From an uncultured Deferribacteres bacterium (GTDB lineage: Bacteria > Zhuqueibacterota > Zhuqueibacteria > Zhuqueibacterales > Geothermadaptataceae): DNA of 59,406 bases. Location of the stretch: the NCBI GenBank assembly GCA_964014485.1, contig CAXHAT010000016.1, positions 1 to 59,406 on the forward strand. The letters run 5' to 3'. The notes below the pieces were generated by a model. That model ran no database searches. It worked only from the letters and a program-made list of their open reading frames with translations, and was not told the DNA's origin. The position numbers and the translations under genes are program-made. Below, piece after piece: positions 28,165 through 36,170 of this stretch (position 1 is its first letter; every line of letters starts with the position of its first letter).

Positions 28165-30993
28165 ATGAGGAAAATTGGGCTAATATTCGGGGCATTCGTG
28201 CTTTTCCTTTGTTGTGCTTCAGGAATTGCGCAACAGGCGGACACGACGGCCTGGTACAAACACGCAGGATATACGGGCGTAGACCAAGGGAATGGTCTGG
28301 CCGTAGACAATAATGGCGCTGTCATAGTCGCCGGGCAATTCGAGCGTACGCTGGCGATGAACCCTTTGACGGTGACAAGCCGAGGGCGCAGTGATATTTT
28401 TATCGCAAAATACTCTGCGGCTGGAGAAATACAGTTTTTGAGTCGCGCGGGCGGGCCGGGAAATGACCGCGCCTACGACGTTGCAACTGACTCGGACGGA
28501 AACATCATCATCGCGGGTGCGCTTGACGGCGACGGTGTGGATTTTGGACATGTAACGCTGAGTTCAAATGGCGGCAACGACGCTTTTGTTGCAAAATACA
28601 ACGGCAGCGGCGACTTGCTTTGGGCCAGAAATTTCGGCGATCAGTTCTATGATCAAGCTTACGAAGTGACCGTCGATGAAGAAGACAATATTGTTATCAC
28701 GGGATGGTTCTACGGCGAGCTTGCTTTCGATGCTGAGACATTAAACAGCGGCGGCGAAAGCGATGCGTTTATTGCGAAGCTGAGCCCTGACGGTTCAACG
28801 CTATGGGCGCGCCAAGGCATGGGCAACGCCGCGGACCTTGGATACGGCGTGGCGTGCGGCGAAAATGGTGAAGTTTTCGCCTGCGGCATTTTTCGTGGAG
28901 AAATCTCCTTCAACGATTTGAGCTTAACCAGCAACGGCTTGACGGACATGTTCATCGTCAAATATGATCGTGACGGCGAACTGGTGTGGGGAAAGAATTT
29001 TGGCGGTGAAGCGTCTGACCGCGCGTACGCGCTCGCTTTCGATCAAACGAACGGCGTTGTCGGACTGGCCGGATATCACGAAGGTCGCGGCAGTTTTAAT
29101 GACGCACCGGAGCGTGTTTTTGAATCGCCAAACGGTGACCGCAATATTTTCATCGCTTCAATGGATCGTGACGGCAACCTGCTCTGGGGACGGTCGGAAG
29201 GCAGTCCGCTTGACGATCAGGGACGAGGAATCGCGATTGATGATGAAGGCTTTTTCTATGTCACCGGCGCATTTGCGAGCGTCGCAACCATCGCCGAGAG
29301 TTCGATGAAGAGCAGCGGCACTTTGGACGTATTTCTGGCGAAATATACAAAAACCGGTCATCCGGTTTGGGCGGATCACGTTGGCGGAGGCCCCGATCTT
29401 GATTGGGGCTTGGACATTGAACCTGACGCCAGCGGCAACGCTATTGTGGCGGGGCACTTCAAAAAGACGGCGTTTTTCGGTGGGAATCGATTTATAAGCC
29501 GGGGCAATCAGGACATTTTTCTGGCGAAAGTCGCTCAGCCATTCAATCTTGGCGGCGTAAAGCTTTCAGCGCCGAAGCAGCACTTTATCGATAGCGAATT
29601 CAGCCTGGACATTAAATTTGACCAAGCGGACAATATTCACGAAATTGAAGTGGACGTCACTTTTTCGAACCTAAATGACGTCTTTGCAGTGGAAGATTCC
29701 GTCTTCCCTGAAAAATACTTCGGTGACAATCCGGAGTTTAGCTACAGTGTGGACAACGCCGCCGGGAAAATTCATCTGCGCGCCAAAAAGCGACGGAAAG
29801 GCGGAGACAAAAACGCCGCGTTTGCTCGCATCGTTTTCAATACTCGGCGATCCACGCCCTTTGAAGCGCGGAGCGATTTTCATGTCGAAAATATTTTTGC
29901 GCGCGACGAATTGGGGCGCTACGTTTTTCTGAGAATGGATCAAGTCGACGTACAATTTGTCGGCGTTTCGGTTTGGCCTGGAGACGCCAACAACGACGGC
30001 CAGGTGAATGAGCGGGATATTTTACCGATAGGACAATATTTTGATTCTGAAGGCCCGGCCCGCGCAAGCGCTTCCGGAGACTGGGAACCGCAGAAAGTGG
30101 TTCCGTGGAAACCGCCTGCCGCGAGCTATGCTGATGCAAACGGCGACGGCGTCGTCAACCAGGAAGACCTCCTGCCCATTGGTCTAAATTGGATGAAGGT
30201 ATGGGATAATCAGACGACAGCTGCAAAACGGCGTGGAGTATCAAGGCATGGCTTTGTCCAATCTTCCGGCACGGGAGATATTGGAATGCAGGCGGCAAAT
30301 CTCGACACAACGACGGACGCGGTGTGGATCGAAGTCGCCGTGGACAGCGTCGAAGACCTTTATGGCCTTTCCTTCGAAGTTCATTACCCTCAAAACGGCT
30401 TCACTGACGCCCTGCAAATTGATGTCGGCCCCATGTTCGATGACCCGATTTTCTTTTCGAATAACAATGAGGACGAAGGCGTTATTGGCGTCGCCATGAC
30501 GCAAAAAGGGACGCCTGTCGGCGTTTTCGGTGAAGGCGTTGTGACAAGAATTCTGTTCGCGCTCAACGGTGTTAGCTCGGAAGAGCTTCTTGACAGCCTG
30601 CGGATGGAAGGCGTTACAGGCAATGACTCAGAAGGCCGAACGATTGAGTTCAGGCTAAAGCAACGCGGAGTGGTCACAAGTATCGCAGACGACGAAAACT
30701 CCTCTATTCTCCCGGAAAGCTTCCACCTTTATCAAAACATGCCGAATCCGTTCAACCCGGAAACGCGCATCCGTTTTTCTCTGGCTCAGGCGGGAAACGT
30801 CCAACTGCTGATTTATAACGAATTTGGCCAGTTGGTTCGCGCCCTGGTTGACGAATTCCGCGGCCCCGGTCAACACAGCGTTAATTGGGACGGGCGCGAC
30901 TCCAGAGGAACGCAAGTCGCAACTGGAATTTATTTCTATCTTTTGCGCTCGGAGCAAACTTCTCAAACGAGAAAAATGCTTCTCATTCGGTGA
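28165..30993 (+). CDS. Secreted beta-propeller (SBBP-like repeat) protein with cohesin-like and dockerin domains and a T9SS type A/FlgD CTD
   Basis: Repeats D.F[IV]AKY...G..LW; dockerin-like WPGDANNDGQVNERDIL and ADANGDGVVNQEDLL; CTD LYQNMPNPFNP..WDGRD..RKMLLIR. Confidence 0.88.
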   Translation: MRKIGLIFGAFVLFLCCASGIAQQADTTAWYKHAGYTGVDQGNGLAVDNNGAVIVAGQFERTLAMNPLTVTSRGRSDIFIAKYSAAGEIQFLSRAGGPGNDRAYDVATDSDGNIIIAGALDGDGVDFGHVTLSSNGGNDAFVAKYNGSGDLLWARNFGDQFYDQAYEVTVDEEDNIVITGWFYGELAFDAETLNSGGESDAFIAKLSPDGSTLWARQGMGNAADLGYGVACGENGEVFACGIFRGEISFNDLSLTSNGLTDMFIVKYDRDGELVWGKNFGGEASDRAYALAFDQTNGVVGLAGYHEGRGSFNDAPERVFESPNGDRNIFIASMDRDGNLLWGRSEGSPLDDQGRGIAIDDEGFFYVTGAFASVATIAESSMKSSGTLDVFLAKYTKTGHPVWADHVGGGPDLDWGLDIEPDASGNAIVAGHFKKTAFFGGNRFISRGNQDIFLAKVAQPFNLGGVKLSAPKQHFIDSEFSLDIKFDQADNIHEIEVDVTFSNLNDVFAVEDSVFPEKYFGDNPEFSYSVDNAAGKIHLRAKKRRKGGDKNAAFARIVFNTRRSTPFEARSDFHVENIFARDELGRYVFLRMDQVDVQFVGVSVWPGDANNDGQVNERDILPIGQYFDSEGPARASASGDWEPQKVVPWKPPAASYADANGDGVVNQEDLLPIGLNWMKVWDNQTTAAKRRGVSRHGFVQSSGTGDIGMQAANLDTTTDAVWIEVAVDSVEDLYGLSFEVHYPQNGFTDALQIDVGPMFDDPIFFSNNNEDEGVIGVAMTQKGTPVGVFGEGVVTRILFALNGVSSEELLDSLRMEGVTGNDSEGRTIEFRLKQRGVVTSIADDENSSILPESFHLYQNMPNPFNPETRIRFSLAQAGNVQLLIYNEFGQLVRALVDEFRGPGQHSVNWDGRDSRGTQVATGIYFYLLRSEQTSQTRKMLLIR

Positions 30994-31015
30994 TTGAACG
31001 GTCAAGCTTCGCGCG

Positions 31016-31054
31016 AAAAAGCGCGGCATTCTATAAGGATGCCGCGCTTTTTTT
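31016..31054. terminator. Bidirectional rho-independent terminator
   Basis: AAAAA-GCGCGGCAT..ATGCCGCGC-TTTTTTT between convergent genes. Confidence 0.85.
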
Positions 31055-31072
31055 GTTTACATTCGATTAGGT

Positions 31073-31447
31073 TTATATGCTGGCGTCAGAATTTTTGGGG
31101 ATGCTGAAACTGCGGCGTAAATGCGCTGCGCGTTTTCTGAGTCGCGCACGGTAAAGCAGCCAAGCCAACATGCTCAAATAGACGCCCGTGAGGATGAAGG
31201 TTGTCAACGGGTAAGGATAAGCCCAAAAAGTATTGGCGATTTCTGTGGAAGCCGTTGTCGGCGCTGTGTGTTGAGAAAATTCGGGGGTGAGGGGAATGGC
31301 GGCGAAAGCGGAAAATGGGTAAAGAAAAATCAGAAGCACTCCCAAGCGAGGGGCGAACTTGGAAAAGAAATCAGTAAAATAAGATTTGATTGAAAAGCGC
31401 CGTGCATGACGCTTCTGACTTCGGGGTGATGAATGATCAGATTCCAT
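31073..31447 (-). CDS. Hypothetical membrane protein
   Basis: AAGGAG RBS; two hydrophobic segments. Confidence 0.65.
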   Translation of the reverse strand: MESDHSSPRSQKRHARRFSIKSYFTDFFSKFAPRLGVLLIFLYPFSAFAAIPLTPEFSQHTAPTTASTEIANTFWAYPYPLTTFILTGVYLSMLAWLLYRARLRKRAAHLRRSFSIPKNSDASI

Positions 31448-31522
31448 TTTTCTCCTTCGATTTTGTTAAACAAACCTTAGCGTCGGAAAAGAAGACCTGC
31501 AGTTAGGACGATTGCTCTACTC

Positions 31523-33052
31523 TTATGGCCCCAATCTTTTTGCCATCCGCGCGGCGTACTTATCAATAATATCGGAAATTGGGTTCTCCATGTCAAACCC
31601 AAAATATTCCGGATCTTCCCCGATGACGGCGGCGGAGAAAATATAGAAAACATAATCCTTCGTTTGCTTCGGAATGTCGAACGTCGTCATCAAATTCCAA
31701 AAATTACGCTCACGCGGATTCTTGCCAAGCTGGCGCGTCAACTGGCGAACGCGATTTTCACCGTAATTGTAGGAAGCCAAAACGAGCAGGCCTGACGCTT
31801 GCGCTTCCGTCGTATAGATCGTTTTTAGGTACCTGGAAGCCGCCGTGGTCGCTTTTTGAAAATGGTGACGCTCGTCGCGCGGATCCGCCACGCGCGCTTT
31901 TACAAGCGGGCCGAGTTTCAGACCGTACTGCAAAGCTGTCGGCGGCATAAATTGCCACATGCCTTTCGCGATGCCAAAACGCGTTCGAGGGCCGCACTTG
32001 CTGGTGTCGAAATCGCTTTCCTGCAAAGCGATATAATAGAAATGCGGCGGAATGTTTTGCTCAAGCATGGCTTGAATAATGTGATCGATATATTCTTTTT
32101 GCTCGGATCGCTCAATCGCATTGCTATATCGATTGGTGACCTGCCACTTTTTTATATAGGATTTTACAGTGGCGGCAAACTCTTCCGGCATCGTAAGTTC
32201 GCTTTCTCCGAAAGCCCGCGCCATGCGCAGAATGAGCTTGTCTTCATAATCCTTACGACCGCTCATAACGTCGAGTTCTTCGAGGTAGCGGTCGTAGCTT
32301 TTACTAAGCTGAGCAAGTTGGGCTTGCGACGTGCTGGTATCGAGGCTGTCGAGCTCTTGTTCGGCAATGTGAACCTCGATCTCTTTCATTTGAAAAAAGA
32401 TGTTGCCGGCGATTTCACGAAGATCATCAATTTTCTGGCTTTGATAATAAACCGCTCCCATGCCAATAATTGAAACGATCACAAGTCCGGCGAAAGCCCA
32501 GCGGTAACGTGTTGTTTCGCGGCGTTGAATACGCTCCAACGCACGATGATACCACTCCTGCTGCCGATTCATTTCTTCAGTAACACGCGCCGCTGCAGCG
32601 CTGACCATGCGTCCTTGTCTGCCGCCCCTCTCCAGCAGCATAGCCAGCGTTCGTCGGCTGATTTTGACTTCCGTCTGGCCGAAAACGCGAATTCCGGCGC
32701 CCATTGGCTTACCAAAGAAAAGCATCGCGCCATTGGGCACTTCAACATACTTTTTGACTTCCTGATCATTGATCCAGATTTTGCAATCCGGTTCAGGAGC
32801 AATGTACCATTTGCCGTTTGTGTAGATTAACGTGCCGTGATACCCCATGACGTCGGCGTCGGTTTCCGCGTCGAAACGAATCTCACATTTGCTGCGCGTA
32901 CCGATTTTGAAGGCGTCCCCATCAAGCGTTGCCACCTCATCCTGACGTGAACTAAGAAGATATTCTACGGAGACTCGTCCGATTGTCTCCGGCGCGTCTT
33001 TCTTGTGTGTCACGATTTCGATTTCTGCTTTTTCATACTGGTTAACCGGCAA
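31523..33052 (-). CDS. FHA-like domain + TM + coiled coil + SLT lytic transglycosylase
   Basis: SLT motifs IALQESDF, AKGMWQFMP and LASYNYGE; central TM WAFAGLVIVSIIGMGAVYY; N-terminal FHA-like beta domain. Confidence 0.85.
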   Translation of the reverse strand: MPVNQYEKAEIEIVTHKKDAPETIGRVSVEYLLSSRQDEVATLDGDAFKIGTRSKCEIRFDAETDADVMGYHGTLIYTNGKWYIAPEPDCKIWINDQEVKKYVEVPNGAMLFFGKPMGAGIRVFGQTEVKISRRTLAMLLERGGRQGRMVSAAAARVTEEMNRQQEWYHRALERIQRRETTRYRWAFAGLVIVSIIGMGAVYYQSQKIDDLREIAGNIFFQMKEIEVHIAEQELDSLDTSTSQAQLAQLSKSYDRYLEELDVMSGRKDYEDKLILRMARAFGESELTMPEEFAATVKSYIKKWQVTNRYSNAIERSEQKEYIDHIIQAMLEQNIPPHFYYIALQESDFDTSKCGPRTRFGIAKGMWQFMPPTALQYGLKLGPLVKARVADPRDERHHFQKATTAASRYLKTIYTTEAQASGLLVLASYNYGENRVRQLTRQLGKNPRERNFWNLMTTFDIPKQTKDYVFYIFSAAVIGEDPEYFGFDMENPISDIIDKYAARMAKRLGP

Positions 33053-33073
33053 CTTTTTGAAAGCGGGCGAAAT

Positions 33074-33871
33074 TTAACAGCAGGGTAACAAACATGCAAG
33101 AATTAAAGACGATGACGCTTGGACGATAAGAACAAGAGCAATGATGAGCAGCGCTTTTTTGAGCCAATTCCGCCATGTAAAAGCCGTTATTTTTTTTCTT
33201 AAATTTATTCCTGACCAGAGCGCGGCCAGCGCGAAAAACAGCAGCGGCGTGTGTTGGAAAATCTCCGCTGATTGAAAAGCCCCGTCATCAATGAACAGCG
33301 CCAATTGCACGATTTTACCCAAAAGAAAACAGAAATTCAAACCAACGACCGCGGATTTTGGCTCAGCGTCGATTTCGATAAAATAAATCACCAGAACCGG
33401 CGCCATAACATTGGTCATGCCCCCTAGCAACCCGGCAAACATGCCGAAAATTATTTTGGCTATTAGCGGATGGGGTTTGATCCAGGCAATGCGTTTTTTC
33501 CTGAATTTTTCGATAGAAAGATAAAACAAAATTGCAAAAGCGAGCAGCAACCTGAAAGGTTCCGGGGATGACGCCAGGAGCGCTGTCGTACCCCAAAAAC
33601 TGCCAAAAGATGCGATCAACGAGACCGGCAGAAAGCGCTGAAGGGAGCGCCATGCATCCTGTTCTCGCAAGATGCTAATTACGTTTATGAAAAGGCCGGG
33701 GATCAGCGTTAAAAAAATGGCTTGTTTGACCCCGAAAGACATAGCCAGAATCGGCGTTGCGATCATGGGGAAGCCCAACCCGACGGCGCCGTGAACAAAC
33801 GCGGCAAGCACAAAGACTGCGAGAGCAAAAAGAAAATGTGCAAGACTCACGTCGGAGAAAATATCGCTCAT
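33074..33871 (-). CDS. TauE/SafE (TSUP) family transporter
   Basis: AAFVHGAVGLG and AGLLGGMT duplicated motifs; about 8 TM. Confidence 0.88.
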   Translation of the reverse strand: MSDIFSDVSLAHFLFALAVFVLAAFVHGAVGLGFPMIATPILAMSFGVKQAIFLTLIPGLFINVISILREQDAWRSLQRFLPVSLIASFGSFWGTTALLASSPEPFRLLLAFAILFYLSIEKFRKKRIAWIKPHPLIAKIIFGMFAGLLGGMTNVMAPVLVIYFIEIDAEPKSAVVGLNFCFLLGKIVQLALFIDDGAFQSAEIFQHTPLLFFALAALWSGINLRKKITAFTWRNWLKKALLIIALVLIVQASSSLILACLLPCC

Positions 33872-33980
33872 CTCGTCACGAACGATAGCGCCGGATTAAA
33901 TTGCCGCTGCGTTTTTAGGAGGAAAATCAGTCCTGTGGGGTAAGGCGGCGTTTCACCGCCTCGGTTTTGGTCTGAATCTT

Positions 33981-35819
33981 TTAGTTCCGCCATAATTTTC
34001 CGGAACGCGAATCAATCAGCTCACGCACTTGCGCAACAAATTCTTTCGTTGCGAGACCGTTTTGGCGTTTGTTATCCCGGCGGCGCAACGAAATGGTTTC
34101 ACTTTCGATTTCCTGATCGCCCACAATCGCCATGTATGGAATTTGCATCATTTGCGCTTGGCGGATTTTGGCGTTCATGCGTTCGTTGTTTAAGTCGGCG
34201 CTTGCTCGCAAACCAGCCTCACGAAACTGCTTTTCAAGCTTGAGAGCATATTCATGATGATCGTCAGTAATGGGAATCACGCGAACTTGTTCCGGGGCCA
34301 GCCAAACCGGGAATTTGCCGGCGTAGTGCTCAATCAAAAAGCCGATAAAACGTTCGTGCGTGCTTAACGGCGCCCGATGGATGCACAGCGGCGTTTGCTC
34401 CTCGCCGTTCGCGTCCATGTAGGTCAAATCAAAACGAGCGGGTTGGGCAAAATCAACCTGGTTGGTCGCCAGAGTAAATTCCCGACCAATGGCGCTCCAG
34501 ATTTGAACGTCAATCTTTGGGCCGTAAAACGCCGCTTCGTCCGGAATTTCGACGTAGGGCACGTCATTTTTCTCCATCACCTCGCGAACCATTTGCTCAG
34601 TTTTTAACCAAAGTTCAAGATTATCGACGTACTTTTTCCCGAGGCCGCGCTTATGATGCGTGCTCAGCCGCATGACGTATTTTTCAATGTCAAAGAGTTT
34701 GAAATATTTCATGTACAAATCGATGACGCCGATAAATTCCTGTTCGAACTGATCTTCGCGCAAGTAGAGGTGTGCGTCGTTCATTTGCAGCGAACGCACC
34801 CGCATCAGCCCGAAAAGCTGACCGCTTTTTTCGTAGCGATAACATGTGCCGTACTCGCCCAGGCGTATCGGCAGATCGCGATAACTGCGCGGCTTGCTGT
34901 CGTAAATTTTGTGATGAAACGGGCAGTTCATCGGCTTCATGTAATATGTCACGCCTTCCATTTGCATCGGCGGATACATGCCGTCGGCGTAGTAGGGGAG
35001 ATGCCCGCTGCGCAAAAAGAGCGCTTCCTTGCTCAGGTGCGGCGTGCGCACGCGATCATACCCGGCGGCGATTTCGACCTCCTTAGCCAAGGTTTCCAAT
35101 TGATCGATAATTATGCCGCCATTAGGCAGCCAGAGCGGCAAGCCCGGCCCGACTTCTTCATCAAAAGTAAAGATTTCCAGTTCTTTGCCGAGTTTTCTAT
35201 GGTCGCGTTTTTTGGCTTCTTCTAAAAAGCGAAGGTGGGCTTTTAGTTCTTTGCGATTGCGCCACGCCGTGCCGTAAATGCGTTGCATCATCGGCTTGTT
35301 TTCATCACCGCGCCAATATGCTCCGGCCACGGACATGAGTTTGAAGCCGTCGGAAGGAATTTTTTTCGTCGATTCCATGTGCGGCCCTTTGCACAAATCT
35401 TCGAAACTGTCCTGACGATAAGTGCTGATGGCAGCGGCTTCGTCTGTTTCGTTGCCGTCTTCGTCAACGCCGCCCTGGGCCAGACCTTCAATAAGTTCGA
35501 GCTTGTAAGGCTGATCTTCAAAAAACGTCTGCGCTTCTTCCGCGCTCACCTCGCGGTAGTGAAATTCGTGGTCGCCGCCGATGATTTGGCGCATTCTTTT
35601 TTCAATCGTCGCAAGATCTTCCGGCGTGAAGGTTTTGAGCGTACCGTCGTCGTTTTTGCCGAGATCAAAATCATAGTAAAAACCCGTGTCGATGGGCGGG
35701 CCAATACCGAATTTTGTTTCCGGATAAAGCTCCTGCACCGCCTGGGCCATCACATGAGCCAGACTATGTCGAATTCGATACAGATGTTGTTGTTCCTTTT
35801 CGCTCAATTCCAATTGCAT
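33981..35819 (-). CDS. thrS: Threonine--tRNA ligase (no N-terminal TGS domain)
   Basis: Motifs RHSLAH, DLCKGPH, RDHRKLG, KPMNCP, GLMRVR and FYGPKID; GGAG RBS before the ATG at 35819. Confidence 0.96.
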   Translation of the reverse strand: MQLELSEKEQQHLYRIRHSLAHVMAQAVQELYPETKFGIGPPIDTGFYYDFDLGKNDDGTLKTFTPEDLATIEKRMRQIIGGDHEFHYREVSAEEAQTFFEDQPYKLELIEGLAQGGVDEDGNETDEAAAISTYRQDSFEDLCKGPHMESTKKIPSDGFKLMSVAGAYWRGDENKPMMQRIYGTAWRNRKELKAHLRFLEEAKKRDHRKLGKELEIFTFDEEVGPGLPLWLPNGGIIIDQLETLAKEVEIAAGYDRVRTPHLSKEALFLRSGHLPYYADGMYPPMQMEGVTYYMKPMNCPFHHKIYDSKPRSYRDLPIRLGEYGTCYRYEKSGQLFGLMRVRSLQMNDAHLYLREDQFEQEFIGVIDLYMKYFKLFDIEKYVMRLSTHHKRGLGKKYVDNLELWLKTEQMVREVMEKNDVPYVEIPDEAAFYGPKIDVQIWSAIGREFTLATNQVDFAQPARFDLTYMDANGEEQTPLCIHRAPLSTHERFIGFLIEHYAGKFPVWLAPEQVRVIPITDDHHEYALKLEKQFREAGLRASADLNNERMNAKIRQAQMMQIPYMAIVGDQEIESETISLRRRDNKRQNGLATKEFVAQVRELIDSRSGKLWRN

Positions 35820-35988
35820 GATTTGATCTCCGGAAGAAACGGTGCTTTGAAAGTTAAAAGAATCTCCATTTGTCATTCTGAAAGAATCTTTGTTATCGCC
35901 CGGTACAGAATCGACTTGAAGCACAAGGGTTAGGTCAAAAAAGATGCTTACAGCATGACAAAAGGAAGGAAGTTGAAAAATGGCTGTT

Positions 35989-36017
35989 AGTATAACATTT
36001 CTGCCTATACAAGTCAA
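35989..36017 (-). promoter_or_regulatory. Sigma-70-type promoter of thrS
   Basis: TTGACT-N17-TATACT with an extended TG. Confidence 0.65.
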
Positions 36018-36061
36018 CAGCCGCATACGGCGGACGGAGCGTTTCGAAGGCGCTTCGTTGC

Positions 36062-36090
36062 TTGACATTCCAGGTGGTGTTGAATAGGTT
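36062..36090 (+). promoter_or_regulatory. Possible sigma-70 promoter of the GH95 gene
   Basis: TTGACA-N17-TAGGTT. Confidence 0.45.
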
Positions 36091-36108
36091 TTAATATTCA
36101 AAAGTAGC

Positions 36109-36136
36109 GTAGAGACGTGATGCATCGCGTCTCTAC
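36109..36136. repeat. GTAG-type REP palindrome
   Basis: GTAGAGACGTGATGCATCGCGTCTCTAC. Confidence 0.8.
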
Positions 36137-36170
36137 CAAATGCGTTGACTCATAACCAGCCTAGAATCTG

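Noticed and set aside
35820..36125. N-terminal extension of thrS, or a T-box leader
   Set aside because: A promoter at 35989-36017 and an RBS before 35819 define a shorter gene; no T-box GGTGG.ACC motif was seen.
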